DNA of 58,325 nt from Anaerolineales bacterium (GCA_034435695.1 DAOTWV010000060.1:1-58325), one strand, 5' to 3'. Positions 17,957-28,205 are shown, numbered from the stretch's first letter. Notes: a model not told the origin generated them from the letters alone. Numbers and translations are program-made.

Positions 17957-18038
17957 TGAGGAAGGAGGGACTCGAACCCTCACGCCTTACGGCACGTGAT
18001 CCTAAGTCACGCCTGTCTGCCAGTTCCAGCACTTCCCC
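17957..18038 (-). tRNA. tRNA-Leu, anticodon UAG
   Basis: The reverse complement folds as a class II tRNA: acceptor GGGGAAG/CTTCCTC, D-arm CTG-GAACTGGCAGA-CAG, anticodon stem CGTGA/TCACG with loop CTTAGGA (anticodon TAG, G37), long variable arm TGCCGTAAGGCGT, T-arm GAGGG-TTCGAGT-CCCTC, discriminator A. No CCA is encoded. Confidence 0.92.
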
Positions 18039-18050
18039 AAAGCGGAAAGG

Positions 18051-18079
18051 ATTATACGCCAGGATGTTTTTTTCGTCAA
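18051..18079 (-). promoter_or_regulatory. Consensus-like promoter for tRNA-Leu
   Basis: The minus strand reads TTGACG (18079-18074), a 17-nt spacer, then TATAAT (18056-18051), ending 12 nt upstream of the mature tRNA 5' end. Confidence 0.65.
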
Positions 18080-18205
18080 ACAATCGCACTGGCGGGCAGC
18101 ACTTCCAGATATGGGCTAATTCATCCGCAGATGGCGCAGATTACGCAGAGGAAAGAAGAAAAAATCCGTTCAATCTGCGGATACTACGCGGCAAATTTTC
18201 CGGGC

Positions 18206-18234
18206 TTGCGTTCCCCCTCATTTACGACTAGAAT
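18206..18234 (+). promoter_or_regulatory. trmD promoter with leaderless geometry
   Basis: TTGCGT (18206-11), a 17-nt spacer, TAGAAT (18229-34), then only GAAAAC before the trmD ATG at 18241. No Shine-Dalgarno sequence. Confidence 0.5.
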
Positions 18235-18240
18235 GAAAAC

Positions 18241-18936
18241 ATGCGTTTTGACATTTTCACCCTTTTCCCCGAATCGCTGCTCTCCTATCTGGATGCCAGC
18301 ATCCTCAAGCGTGCCCGGCAACGCGGCCTGCTGGAAGTACGCCTGCACAACATTCGCCATTGGGCCATTGACCGTCATCGCATGACCGATGACCTGCCCT
18401 ATGGCGGTGGCGGGGGCATGGTCATGAAACCGGAACCCATCTTCTCTGCTGTCGAGGGGGTGTTGGGCGCGCCTCCCCCCTGCCCTGTAGTGCTGCTCAC
18501 CCCACAGGGGCGTCCATTCACCCAAAAAGTGGCTGCTGAACTGGCTGCACACCCGCGCCTGGCCTTACTCTGCGGGCATTACGAGGGAGTAGATGAGCGC
18601 GTCCGGCAGCACCTGGTAACCGATGAAATTTCTATCGGCGATTATGTGCTTACAGGAGGTGAACTGGCTGCCCTGGTTGTGGTGGATGCCGTCGCCCGCT
18701 ACCTGCCCGGCGTACTTGGCGACCCTCAGGGAGTCCACCAGGATTCTCATGCCACAGGGCTACTGGAATATCCACATTACACCCGCCCTGCCGAATTTCG
18801 CTCCTGGCGAGTTCCTGAAGTCCTGCTCTCTGGCGACCATGCCCGCATCGCTCGTTGGCGGCAGGACCAATCCCTCACGCGTACCCGCAAACGTCGCCCC
18901 GACCTGCTCGACGGACGAGCACAGAACCCTGAATGA
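18241..18936 (+). CDS. trmD: tRNA (guanine37-N1)-methyltransferase
   Basis: 231 aa. [25 protein letters not shown]...[25 protein letters not shown]...[13 protein letters not shown]...[16 protein letters not shown] is the canonical TrmD pattern. Confidence 0.95.
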   Translation: MRFDIFTLFPESLLSYLDASILKRARQRGLLEVRLHNIRHWAIDRHRMTDDLPYGGGGGMVMKPEPIFSAVEGVLGAPPPCPVVLLTPQGRPFTQKVAAELAAHPRLALLCGHYEGVDERVRQHLVTDEISIGDYVLTGGELAALVVVDAVARYLPGVLGDPQGVHQDSHATGLLEYPHYTRPAEFRSWRVPEVLLSGDHARIARWRQDQSLTRTRKRRPDLLDGRAQNPE

Positions 18937-18972
18937 AGAAGTGCTCTTCCCCTTTTTCCCCCCTTTTGCGCC

Positions 18973-20193
18973 ATGAACAAAAAATTCCCCTACGCCCGTA
19001 CCTTCCTCCTGGGATTTGGCTTTTTCGGCATCAGTCTCATCTGGCCTATCTTCAACAACTACGTGCCTATCTTCTTGCGGGAACTCGGTCTTTCTGCCAC
19101 AGCCGTGGGCTTCGTCATGACCTGGGACAATTACCTCAACATGTTCGTGCAGCCCATCGTGGGAGAACGTTCCGACCGCATGCACACCCGCATGGGACGC
19201 CGCAAGCCGTGGATGCTGGTAGGAGCGCCGCTGGCGGCAGTGTTTTTCGTTCTCGTCCCTGCTCTGCGTACGGTAACGGGCATCATGCTGGCCGTTTTCG
19301 CTACCAACGTGTGCATGGCGCTTTTCCGCGCACCCACCGTTGCCCTGCTGGGTGACCTTTACCCCGCTGAGCAGCGCAGCACAGCCAACGGCATCATTAA
19401 CCTGATGGGAGGCGTCGGCGCTATCCTGGCTTTTCTGGTGGGCGGCGCACTCTACAAACTGGGACGCATCCCGCCCTTTGCCTTTGGGGCGGTGGTCATG
19501 TTGATTGCCATTGGGATGGTATTGCTCTTCATCCGTGAGCCGGATGCCCCTGCCCAGAGTACCGATTCCCACGCCCAGGGGGCTTTTCTGGAGCATTTGC
19601 AGCAGGTCATCAATGCCTCAGACCGTTCAGGACTGTTGATTTTGCTGGCCATCCTGTGCTGGTTCATCGGATACAATGCCCTCGAAACCTGGATTTCTTC
19701 CTTTGGCAAGTACACCCTGGGAATTGACCCTGGCCGCATGAGCGTGCTGACCTCTGGGCTGGCACTTACCTTTGTGATTTTTGCGCTTCCCAGTGGGTTG
19801 CTGGCCACGCGCTTTGGGCGGCGGCGGGTTATCCTGGTGGGGATTACCGGCCTGACGGTGCTCTTTCTCTCTGGGCTGGTAATCAGCAACCAGAGCATGT
19901 TGATTGTCATGCTGGTGCTTTCCGGTATCTTTTGGGCGCTCATCAATGTCAATTCCCTGCCCATGGTCTACGATGTAGGGGGCGATGCCAACATTGGCGC
20001 TTTTACCGGAATGTATTACCTGGCCTCCAACATCGCCGCTGTGGGGGGGCCGCAGGTGGTAGGTATCCTCATTGACCTGAGCAATGGCAACTATCGCGTC
20101 ATGTTCATTTTCGCGGCTGCCTTTATGGCGTTGGCTGGTTTGTTGATGCTGCGGGTTCGGGAACACTCCCCTCTTCCTGCGCCCCAAACGTAA
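18973..20193 (+). CDS. MFS/GPH-type transporter
   Basis: 406 aa with about 12 predicted TM segments. It has the MFS loop motif GERSDRMHTRMGRRKPWMLVG between TM2 and TM3. The 278-aa minus-strand ORF 18760..19596 is its shadow. Confidence 0.8.
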   Translation: MNKKFPYARTFLLGFGFFGISLIWPIFNNYVPIFLRELGLSATAVGFVMTWDNYLNMFVQPIVGERSDRMHTRMGRRKPWMLVGAPLAAVFFVLVPALRTVTGIMLAVFATNVCMALFRAPTVALLGDLYPAEQRSTANGIINLMGGVGAILAFLVGGALYKLGRIPPFAFGAVVMLIAIGMVLLFIREPDAPAQSTDSHAQGAFLEHLQQVINASDRSGLLILLAILCWFIGYNALETWISSFGKYTLGIDPGRMSVLTSGLALTFVIFALPSGLLATRFGRRRVILVGITGLTVLFLSGLVISNQSMLIVMLVLSGIFWALINVNSLPMVYDVGGDANIGAFTGMYYLASNIAAVGGPQVVGILIDLSNGNYRVMFIFAAAFMALAGLLMLRVREHSPLPAPQT

Positions 20194-20232
20194 GCCTTGT
20201 ATAAGAAAAGCCCCTCAGAAAAGACCCCTGGC

Positions 20233-20261
20233 TTGACCCGCCTTGGGGCACATGGTATCAT
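20233..20261 (+). promoter_or_regulatory. hrcA-dnaK operon promoter
   Basis: TTGACC (20233-38), a 17-nt spacer, then TATCAT (20256-61) with an upstream TG (extended -10). The CIRCE element lies immediately downstream. Confidence 0.6.
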
Positions 20262-20274
20262 GGTTTGCGGGCTT

Positions 20275-20301
20275 TTAGCACTCTCGGCACGAGAGTGCTA
20301 A
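20275..20301. promoter_or_regulatory. CIRCE operator (HrcA binding site)
   Basis: Perfect consensus TTAGCACTC-N9-GAGTGCTAA, 12 nt upstream of the hrcA ATG. Confidence 0.95.
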
Positions 20302-20312
20302 AACAGGGCATC

Positions 20313-21353
20313 ATGAGCGAGAAAAAACTCACCCAACGACAAAAACTCATCCTGGCGCTGGTTGTGCGCGAACACATCGAGGGCGCACAGCCAGTTGGCT
20401 CGCGCACGCTGGTAGAAAAATACCACCTCAACTTCAGCCCTGCCACAGCGCGCAACGAGATGCTTGCCCTCAGCGAAATGGGGTACCTGCACCAGCCGCA
20501 TACCTCTGCCGGGCGGGTTCCTACCGAAGCCGGCTACCGCTACTTCGTGCGCCAATTGATGGGACAATATCGCCTGCCCGAAGAAACCCAGCGCACCATT
20601 GCCCACCAGTTCTACCAGGCCGGCGGCGATGTGGATGAATGGATGCGTCTGGCCGCCTCTGTGCTCGCACAGCAATCACAGGCCGCCTCTATGGTGACTC
20701 CCCCGCAGCCCGCCGAAGCGCGCTTCAAGCACATCGAATTGATTGCCACTCGCGGCCGCCAGGTGCTTATGGTGCTGGTTTTGCATGGCGGGCAGGTGCG
20801 CCAGCAGATGCTTTACCTGGGTGAACCCGTCGGACAGGCCCGCCTCAGCGCAGCCGCCGACCACCTCAATCAGTTGTGTGAAAACCTGAAGGCAGATGAC
20901 ATCCTCGCTTTGAGCGCCCGCTTCGATGCCCTGGAACAGGACGTACTGCGCCTCACCGTCGACGAAATGCGCCGTGCCTCTGGCAGCATTGCCGATGAAC
21001 TGTATCACGATGGCCTCACCAATGTCCTCTCCGAACCAGAATTTGCCGAAGCCGGCGCAGCCCGCCGGGCGCTGCGTCTCTTCGATGAACGCCCCATGAT
21101 GGAAAACCTGCTCAATCGGGCGCTTTCTACCACTGCCGTGGGCGGCGTACAGGTGCTCATTGGCGGAGAGACCGATTGGGAAGAATTGCGTCAGTGCTCT
21201 GTCGTCCTGGCGCGCTACGGCGCCCCCGGCATCATCACGGGGACGCTGGGTGTGTTGGGGCCGATTCGCATGCCCTACGGACGCACCATTTCCACAGTAC
21301 GCTTTGTCGCTGGCCTGCTCAGCGATTTGGTAACGGAACGATTGGTAGATTGA
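20313..21353 (+). CDS. hrcA: Heat-inducible transcription repressor HrcA
   Basis: The internal ATG at 20313 gives MSEKKLTQRQKLILALVVREHIEGAQPVGSRTLVEKYHLNFSPATARNEMLALSEMGYLHQPHTSAGRVPTEAGYRYFV, a canonical HrcA N-terminus. Confidence 0.93.
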   Translation: MSEKKLTQRQKLILALVVREHIEGAQPVGSRTLVEKYHLNFSPATARNEMLALSEMGYLHQPHTSAGRVPTEAGYRYFVRQLMGQYRLPEETQRTIAHQFYQAGGDVDEWMRLAASVLAQQSQAASMVTPPQPAEARFKHIELIATRGRQVLMVLVLHGGQVRQQMLYLGEPVGQARLSAAADHLNQLCENLKADDILALSARFDALEQDVLRLTVDEMRRASGSIADELYHDGLTNVLSEPEFAEAGAARRALRLFDERPMMENLLNRALSTTAVGGVQVLIGGETDWEELRQCSVVLARYGAPGIITGTLGVLGPIRMPYGRTISTVRFVAGLLSDLVTERLVD

Positions 21354-21379
21354 ATTTTGCCACGAAAACGCAGAGACTT

Positions 21380-22018
21380 ATGAACGAAGAACCCCTTACC
21401 CAAACCCCCGAATTGCAAGAACCCGCCCCTGAGGAAGAAACCCCCTCAGGGGATGTCGCTTCTCCTGAGGAAGAAACGCCTCAGACTGCCTCCTCCGAGG
21501 AGGGGCAGGCAGCCCCCGAAGAGGACGAAACTCCCCAGGAAAGCGCGCCAGATGAACTTTCCGCCTTACGGTTGCAACTTGACGAAGCCCAGGCACAGGC
21601 ACAGGAATACCTGGATGGCTGGCAGCGGGCACGCGCCGATTTTGCCAACTACAAACGCCGCGTAGAGCGCGACCGCGAACAAATGCAGCGGGACGCCACC
21701 GCACGCGTGGTACAGCGCTACCTGCCCATCGTGGATGACCTTGAGCGTGCCCTGCAAAACCGCCCTGCCGAGGGCGAAGGGGCCGCCTGGGCTGAAGGCA
21801 TCGAACTGATTTACCGCAAATTGCTGGCTGCGCTGGAAGCCGACGGAGTCCTCCCCATGGAGGCCGAAGGCCAACCTTTCGACCCCAACCTGCACGAAGC
21901 CATCATGCAGGAAGAAAGCGATGACCACGAAAGTGGTTACATTATCGAAGTGCTGCAAAAAGGATACTTGATTGGCGAACGAGTCCTCCGCCCGGCGCTG
22001 GTCAAGGTGGCAGCCTGA
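21380..22018 (+). CDS. grpE: Nucleotide exchange factor GrpE
   Basis: The internal ATG at 21380 gives MNEEPLTQ.... It has an acidic N-terminus followed by LDGWQRARADFANYKRRVERDRE...VLQKGYLIGERVLRPALVKV. Confidence 0.93.
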   Translation: MNEEPLTQTPELQEPAPEEETPSGDVASPEEETPQTASSEEGQAAPEEDETPQESAPDELSALRLQLDEAQAQAQEYLDGWQRARADFANYKRRVERDREQMQRDATARVVQRYLPIVDDLERALQNRPAEGEGAAWAEGIELIYRKLLAALEADGVLPMEAEGQPFDPNLHEAIMQEESDDHESGYIIEVLQKGYLIGERVLRPALVKVAA

Positions 22019-22036
22019 TAGGCATAGGAGTGAGAC

Positions 22037-23884
22037 ATGAGCAAAATCCTTGGTATTGACCTGGGCACCACCAACTCTGTCATGGCTGTCATGGAGGGCG
22101 GGGAGCCTACCGTCATCCCCTCAGCCGAAGGGGAACGCACCATCCCTTCGGTGGTTGCCATCAACAAGAATGGAGAGCGTCTGGTGGGACGTGCCGCGCG
22201 CAACCAGGCCGTCGTCAACCCGGAGAACACCATCTTCTCCATCAAGCGTTTCATGGGACGCAAATACGACGACCCCGAAGTGCAGCGCACCATCAAACGC
22301 GTCCCTTATCAGGTCACCGCGGCCCCCAATGGCGATGTGCGCGTGGTGATGGGGGGACGCGAATACTCCCCGCCGGAAATCTCGGCCATGATACTGGCCA
22401 AACTCAAGGCCGATGCCGAAGCCTACCTCGGCGAACCCGTTACGCAGGCCGTCATCACCGTTCCAGCGTATTTCGATGACGCTCAGCGTAACGCCACCAA
22501 AGACGCCGGCAAAATCGCTGGCCTGGAAGTACTGCGCATTATCAACGAACCGACTGCCTCCTCTCTGGCCTATGGCCTGGATAAAGAGCACAACCACAAC
22601 ATTGCCGTCTACGACCTGGGCGGCGGCACCTTCGATATCTCCGTCCTGGATGTGGGCGAGGGCGTCTTCGAAGTGCGTGCTACCAGCGGCGACACCTTCC
22701 TGGGCGGCGATGACTTCGACCAGCGCATCATGGATTACCTCATCGGCGAATTCTTGCGCGAAGAAGGCATCGACCTGCGCAACGACCGGCAGGCGCTGCA
22801 GCGCATCAAAGAGGCCGCGGAAAAAGCCAAAATCGAACTTTCCAGCATGATGCAGACGGAAATCAACCTGCCCTACATCACGGCAGATTCCAGCGGTCCC
22901 AAGCATCTCGTGACCACCCTGACGCGTGCCCGCCTGGAGCAATTGACCGCCGACCTGGTAGAGCGCTCGCTCAAACCCGTTAAGCAGGCCATCTCGGATG
23001 CCGGTCTGAACCTCGCGGATATTGGCGCGGTAGTCATGGTCGGCGGCATGACGCGCATGCCCGCCGTACAACAGGCTGTGGAACGCCTGTTTGGCAAACC
23101 GCCGCACAAGGGCGTCAACCCCGATGAAGTGGTCGCACTAGGCGCAGCCATTCAGGCTGGCGTTCTCGGTGGGGAAGTCAAAGACATCCTGTTGCTGGAT
23201 GTCACCCCTTTGACGCTTTCGATTGAAACATACCGCGGGATTGCCACTCCCCTCATCGAACGCAACACCACCATCCCCACGCGCAAGAGCCAGATTTTCT
23301 CTACCGCCACGGATAACCAGTCGCAGGTCGAAATTCACGTGGTGCAGGGAGAACGTCCCCTGGCGCGGGATAACAAATCGTTGGGAAAATTCATCCTGGA
23401 TGGCATTCCTCCAGCCCCGCGCGGTGTGCCCCAAATCGAGGTGACGTTCGATATCGATGCCAACGGCATCCTCAAAGTGACTGCCGAAGACAAGGCCACT
23501 GGGCGCAAACAGCACATTACCATTACGGCCTCCTCAGGTCTGACGGATGCCGAAGTGGAGCGCATGCAACGCGAGGCAGAGCAGCATGCCGAAGAAGACC
23601 GGCGTCGCAAGGCCCTGCTGGAAGCCCGTAACGAGGCCGATGCTGCCATTTACACCGCCGAAAAAGCGATGCATGACCTGGGAGACAAGGTGCCTGCGGA
23701 GACACAGGAGGCTATTCGCGCACAGGTAGCAGAGGTACGTTCCCGTATGGAGGGCGAAGACCTGGCAGAACTGGAAGCCGCTACCCAACACTTGAAAAAC
23801 CTCGTCGCTCAAATGGGGGCTGCGGCTTATGGACAATCTCCTCCACCCCCGACAGACCAGGAAGGCCAGACGGCCAATTTGTGA
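22037..23884 (+). CDS. dnaK: Molecular chaperone DnaK (Hsp70)
   Basis: 615 aa with an [44 protein letters not shown] and [13 protein letters not shown] are the Hsp70 signatures. Confidence 0.98.
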   Translation: MSKILGIDLGTTNSVMAVMEGGEPTVIPSAEGERTIPSVVAINKNGERLVGRAARNQAVVNPENTIFSIKRFMGRKYDDPEVQRTIKRVPYQVTAAPNGDVRVVMGGREYSPPEISAMILAKLKADAEAYLGEPVTQAVITVPAYFDDAQRNATKDAGKIAGLEVLRIINEPTASSLAYGLDKEHNHNIAVYDLGGGTFDISVLDVGEGVFEVRATSGDTFLGGDDFDQRIMDYLIGEFLREEGIDLRNDRQALQRIKEAAEKAKIELSSMMQTEINLPYITADSSGPKHLVTTLTRARLEQLTADLVERSLKPVKQAISDAGLNLADIGAVVMVGGMTRMPAVQQAVERLFGKPPHKGVNPDEVVALGAAIQAGVLGGEVKDILLLDVTPLTLSIETYRGIATPLIERNTTIPTRKSQIFSTATDNQSQVEIHVVQGERPLARDNKSLGKFILDGIPPAPRGVPQIEVTFDIDANGILKVTAEDKATGRKQHITITASSGLTDAEVERMQREAEQHAEEDRRRKALLEARNEADAAIYTAEKAMHDLGDKVPAETQEAIRAQVAEVRSRMEGEDLAELEAATQHLKNLVAQMGAAAYGQSPPPPTDQEGQTANL

Positions 23885-23964
23885 GCATGGCAGGCTCCTG
23901 CAAGAAGCCTGCGTAACCTTCGCAAGCACACGAACCACCTAAAGACAGATTTTCCGACCATCTC

Positions 23965-25086
23965 ATGCCACGCGATTACTACGAAGTACTTGGCGTTCCC
24001 CGCAACGCCGATAAAGAGACCATCAAAAGAGCGTTCCGTACGCTGGCGCGCAAATATCACCCCGATGTCAGCCAGGAGCCGGATGCAGAGGAGCGCTTCA
24101 AGGAAATCAACGAAGCCTACGCCGTGCTCTCGGATGATGAAAAACGCGCCGCGTATGACCGCTTTGGTCATGCAGGCGTGGGAGGCGCAACAGGCGCCCC
24201 CGATTTTGGGGTAGATTTTTCCGACTTGGCCGATATCTTTGGCGACCTGTTCGGCTTTGGTACGGCGCGTACTGGCCGGCGGTCGCGTACCATGCCGCGC
24301 CGGGGTGCCGACCTGCAAATGCGCGTTGACCTGACCTTCGAAGAGGCCGTCTTCGGAGTCGAAAAGGAAATTGCCATTACGCGTGACGAGGTGTGCAGCG
24401 CATGCAACGGCAGCGGCGCAGAACCCGGCACTTCGCCTGTGCGGTGCGCCACCTGCGGCGGCAGCGGCGAAGTACGGCAGGCGCGCCAGACCATCTTTGG
24501 TTCCATGGTGCAGGTCACGACATGTCCGGCCTGCGGTGGAAAAGGCGAGACGATTGCGACGCCCTGCCATACCTGCCGTGGCTCTGGCCTGGAGCGCAAA
24601 ACCGTGTACAAGGTGGTTTCCATTCCCGCAGGTGTGGATAATGGCACCCAGATTCGCCTGGCCGGTGAAGGGCAGCCCGGCGTCAATGGCGGCCCCAACG
24701 GCAATCTGTACCTGGTGCTCAACGTCAAACCGCACAAATACTTTCGCCGTAAGGGTAATGACATCTTGCTGGAACTGGACATCAATGTGGCGCAGGCTGC
24801 CCTGGGGGCGGAAGTGGAGGTGCCCACCGTAGATGGCCCGGTAGAACTCCGCATCCCCGCAGGCACGCAATCGGGCAAAGTGCTGCGCATTCGCGGCAAA
24901 GGGGTGCCTCACCTGCGTTCCAGTGGACGCGGTGACCAACTGGTGGTCATCAACGTCACCATACCCACACACCTGACCTCGGAACAGCGAGCGTTGTTCG
25001 AGCAACTGGCGCGCAGCCTGGGCAGTGAAGTCAAACCCCAGGAACGCAGTTTCTTCGACCGGTTTCGGGATTTCCTTGGTGGGTAA
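23965..25086 (+). CDS. dnaJ: Molecular chaperone DnaJ
   Basis: 373 aa. J-domain DYYEVLGVPRNADKETIKRAFRTLARKYHPD, a G/F region, and four CxxCxGxG zinc-finger repeats. Confidence 0.97.
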   Translation: MPRDYYEVLGVPRNADKETIKRAFRTLARKYHPDVSQEPDAEERFKEINEAYAVLSDDEKRAAYDRFGHAGVGGATGAPDFGVDFSDLADIFGDLFGFGTARTGRRSRTMPRRGADLQMRVDLTFEEAVFGVEKEIAITRDEVCSACNGSGAEPGTSPVRCATCGGSGEVRQARQTIFGSMVQVTTCPACGGKGETIATPCHTCRGSGLERKTVYKVVSIPAGVDNGTQIRLAGEGQPGVNGGPNGNLYLVLNVKPHKYFRRKGNDILLELDINVAQAALGAEVEVPTVDGPVELRIPAGTQSGKVLRIRGKGVPHLRSSGRGDQLVVINVTIPTHLTSEQRALFEQLARSLGSEVKPQERSFFDRFRDFLGG

Positions 25087-25088
25087 GC

Positions 25089-26018
25089 ATGCCGCACTGG
25101 ATTGAAGTCTCGTTGTGTGTGGATGGAGAACTGGCCGAGGCGGTGGCCGATGTACTGGCGCGCTACGTTCCTGGCGGTGTGGTCATCGAGTCCACGCAAG
25201 TGGATGTGAGCACCGAGGACGAGGGGCGGGTGGTTGGCCCGTTGCGGGTGTGTGGATATCTTCCGGTGGATGAGCACCTGGAAGACACGCGGCAAAGAAT
25301 CCTGGAGGGGTTGTGGCACCTGGGGTTCATCCGTCCTCTGCCTGAGGCGCAGTTTCGTCCCGTGGAGGAGCGCAATTGGGCAGAGGCCTGGAAACAGCAC
25401 TACCGGCCTATCCCCATTGGCCGCCGGCTGCTAATTGTCCCCTCCTGGATGCAGCCCGAACCTGGAGAGCGCACGCCCATCCTGCTGGAGCCGGGCATGG
25501 CCTTTGGCACCGGTACGCACCCCACCACGCAGTTGTGCCTGCAATTTTTGGAAGAAATCCCCTTGCAGGGGAAACAAGTGATAGACGTGGGGTGCGGTTC
25601 CGGCATTCTGGCGATTGCGGCGTTGAAATTGGGCGCGGCGCATGCCCTGGGGGTGGATGTGGACGCCGACGCGGTGCACTCAGCCCGCGAGAATGCCGCC
25701 CGTAATGGCGTGCACGAGCGGCTGACCCTGGGGGTGGGGTCTGTCCCAGAGGTGCGCGGCGGCGATTTTGGGCTTTCTCAGGCCCCTGTGGTTGTCGCCA
25801 ACATCATTGCCCCCATCCTGGTGCGTCTGCTGGATGATGGCCTGGCGCACCTGATGGCGCCCGGCGGCCTGCTACTGCTTTCGGGCATTCTGGATGTACA
25901 GATGGATGGGCGAGAAGGGCATGTCTCCATGCTGGAGGCTTTGCAGCGTCATGGCCTGCGCATCCAGGCGCAAAAATCCATTGGAGATTGGCAGGGGCTG
26001 TGGGTGCGCCGCATCTAG
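25089..26018 (+). CDS. prmA: Ribosomal protein L11 methyltransferase
   Basis: 309 aa, 2 nt after dnaJ. W..AWKQHYRPIPIGRRLLIVPSW, GMAFGTGTHPTTQLCL and VIDVGCGSGILAIAA are the PrmA pattern. Confidence 0.9.
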   Translation: MPHWIEVSLCVDGELAEAVADVLARYVPGGVVIESTQVDVSTEDEGRVVGPLRVCGYLPVDEHLEDTRQRILEGLWHLGFIRPLPEAQFRPVEERNWAEAWKQHYRPIPIGRRLLIVPSWMQPEPGERTPILLEPGMAFGTGTHPTTQLCLQFLEEIPLQGKQVIDVGCGSGILAIAALKLGAAHALGVDVDADAVHSARENAARNGVHERLTLGVGSVPEVRGGDFGLSQAPVVVANIIAPILVRLLDDGLAHLMAPGGLLLLSGILDVQMDGREGHVSMLEALQRHGLRIQAQKSIGDWQGLWVRRI

Positions 26019-26590
26019 CGTGCTACCCAGCGCTCCAACCCCGCTGGAGGCTGGTAGGCTTCTAAGGCATCCAGCAGGGCGGCCGGTTGCGAAGCGTGCA
26101 GCAGCAATTTTTTGTGTTCCGGGAAGATGAACCCTTCCCGGCCAGCGTGTTCTACCATCTTGAGCAAGGGGGTGAAGTACTCGGCCACGTTGAGCACACC
26201 GACAGGTTTACGGTGCAGGCCGATTTGCGCCCAGGTGACAATCTCGAACAACTCATCGAATGTGCCAAACCCGCCCGGCAAAGCGATGAACGCATCGGCC
26301 AGTTCGGCCATGCGCGCCTTGCGGGTGTGCATATCGGGGGTCACCTCCAGGCGAGTCAGGCCATCGTGTGCCAGTACAGGGGTGTAGAACATTTTGGGGA
26401 TGATGCCAATCACTTTGCCGCCGTGCGCCAGCGCCCCATTGGCGACTGCGCCCATCATTCCGGTGCGCCCTGCCCCGTACACCAGCCGTAAGCCCTTTTG
26501 TGCCAGGGTAGCCCCCATTTCGTAAGCGGCTTTCAAATAATGCTCTGGCAGGTTGTCCGCCGAACCGCAGTACACGCATACCGTCTTCAT
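26015..26590 (-). CDS. LOG-family (TIGR00730-type) nucleotide phosphoribohydrolase
   Basis: 191 aa with a GGAGG RBS. VCVYCGS, GLRLVYGAGRTGMMG and the PGGFGTFDELFE motif. Its stop overlaps the prmA stop within CTAG (26015-26018). Confidence 0.85.
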   Translation of the reverse strand: MKTVCVYCGSADNLPEHYLKAAYEMGATLAQKGLRLVYGAGRTGMMGAVANGALAHGGKVIGIIPKMFYTPVLAHDGLTRLEVTPDMHTRKARMAELADAFIALPGGFGTFDELFEIVTWAQIGLHRKPVGVLNVAEYFTPLLKMVEHAGREGFIFPEHKKLLLHASQPAALLDALEAYQPPAGLERWVAR

Positions 26591-26758
26591 ATTGCCTCCA
26601 GGAGTAATGTAGAATGCTGCCCATTATACCCGTCTCTGGCGAGGAGAACCCTCCGCTTGCCACATATCCCAGGAGTACCGGGATGTGTGTTGGTATGCCA
26701 TCCCGCCAGAGCGCGGAGAACGCGGATATCCGTTGGTTTTTGCGGTAATGCGGGCGGG

Positions 26759-26773
26759 TATAATCGCTGTATG
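26759..26773 (+). promoter_or_regulatory. -10 element with leaderless geometry for the TPR gene
   Basis: TATAAT (26759-64) followed by CGCTGT and then the ATG at 26771. No SD sequence, and the -35 is weak. Confidence 0.4.
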
Positions 26774-28144
26774 TCCCGTAAAGGTCTGCCCTGGTTCCTG
26801 GTTCTGGTAGTGGGGGCGCTGGCGCTTTCCTGGTGGCAGGTAAGCGCGCCGCGCCGCGCGGCTGTGCGCGCCCTGCAGAGCGGCGGCGCGGGTTACTCAG
26901 CAGCACAATTGGCCGATTGGGCGCAAAATATCCCTCTGCCGGCGCTGTGGGAAGTGGCCGGGAAGGTGGCCCTGGAGGAAGAACACCCTTCCCAGGCGCG
27001 CGCCTTCTGGTTGCGGGCTGCAGCCGAGGAACGCCTCAGCCCCGATGGGTACGGACGCCTGGGCGACCTGTTCGCTGAAAACGGCTACCTGGAAACGGCG
27101 GCCGCGTTCTGGCAGCGCGCCCTGGACTCCCCGCATCCTGCCCCCTGGCTGTTGCGGCTGGCGCAAATGGAAGAAAGCCGCCGTAACTGGCAGGCGGCGT
27201 TGGGGTGGTATCGCCAATTGGCGCACATTGCCCCGGCATACACCTGTCAAACAGGCCGCCTGTTGGCCGTTCTGGAGCCGCAGGCGGCTGACGCGTATTT
27301 GTCTCAGGCTGTGGAAAGCGCGCAGTCCTGCAAGCCGCTGGCGCAGGCCTTGCAGGAAACCTTGCTCCTGGGGGATATGCAGGATGCCCCCGCATATACC
27401 ATGCTGCTGATTGGACGTACCCTGGCGCGCTTCGATGAATGGCCTTTGGCCGCCGAAGCCTTTCGCCGCGCGGTGACGTATGAACCAGCCTATGCTGAGG
27501 CCTGGGCTTTCCTGGGACAGGCGCAAGAGCGCAGCGGAGAAGATGGCCGCGAATCTCTGGAAATCGCCCTGCAACTGGACCCAAATTCGCTGGCGGCCAG
27601 CAGCCTGATGGCACTCTACTGGCGTACGCACGACGCACCAGAAAAGGCGCTGGTGTACTTCTACCGGGCGGCGCAGACTGAACCCCAAAATCCGATTTGG
27701 GAACAGGAAATTGGCGCCACCCTGGCACAAATGGGGAATGTGCCAGAGGCCACCCGTCACTACCAACGCGCTACTGAAATCAGTCCCAAAAAACCTGAAG
27801 TGTGGCGTGCCCTGGCTGGATTTTGCTTGCAGTATAACGTCGAATTACAATCCCTGGCGCTGCCGGCTGCTCGACAGGCGGTGTTGTTGGCGCCGAAGGA
27901 AGCCGCATCTCAGGAAATGATGGCACGCCTCTACCTGCGCATGGGAGACCTGCCCCTTGCCCGGCGTTTTGCGCGTCAGGCGCTGCAACTGGACTCCGGC
28001 TATGCCCCTGCCTATTACGACCTGGGCGTGATTGCTGCCCTGCAAGATGATGATGCGCTGGCGCGGCGCATGTTCGATACGGTTATCGCGGTAGCCCCGC
28101 AAAGTATCTGGGCTACCCAGGCGCGGCGCTGGCTGGAGCCGTGA
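26771..28144 (+). CDS. Membrane-anchored tetratricopeptide-repeat (TPR) protein
   Basis: The internal ATG at 26771 of track ORF 26498..28144 gives MSRKGLPWFLVLVVGALALSWW (signal anchor). This is followed by repeated TPR-like A..Y..A/W..LG motifs. Confidence 0.75.
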   Translation: MSRKGLPWFLVLVVGALALSWWQVSAPRRAAVRALQSGGAGYSAAQLADWAQNIPLPALWEVAGKVALEEEHPSQARAFWLRAAAEERLSPDGYGRLGDLFAENGYLETAAAFWQRALDSPHPAPWLLRLAQMEESRRNWQAALGWYRQLAHIAPAYTCQTGRLLAVLEPQAADAYLSQAVESAQSCKPLAQALQETLLLGDMQDAPAYTMLLIGRTLARFDEWPLAAEAFRRAVTYEPAYAEAWAFLGQAQERSGEDGRESLEIALQLDPNSLAASSLMALYWRTHDAPEKALVYFYRAAQTEPQNPIWEQEIGATLAQMGNVPEATRHYQRATEISPKKPEVWRALAGFCLQYNVELQSLALPAARQAVLLAPKEAASQEMMARLYLRMGDLPLARRFARQALQLDSGYAPAYYDLGVIAALQDDDALARRMFDTVIAVAPQSIWATQARRWLEP

Positions 28145-28205
28145 CCCGTTGGCATTTCCAGGAGCGCATGAACCCTATGCAGAGTAGCCGGCAAAAAATA
28201 GCGAT

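Noticed and set aside
23890-23912. Hairpin GCAGGCT-9 nt-AGCCTGC between dnaK and dnaJ
   Set aside because: It has no U-tract. It is probably an intercistronic mRNA stability or processing stem, which is common in dnaK operons. It is not distinctive enough to call as a terminator.
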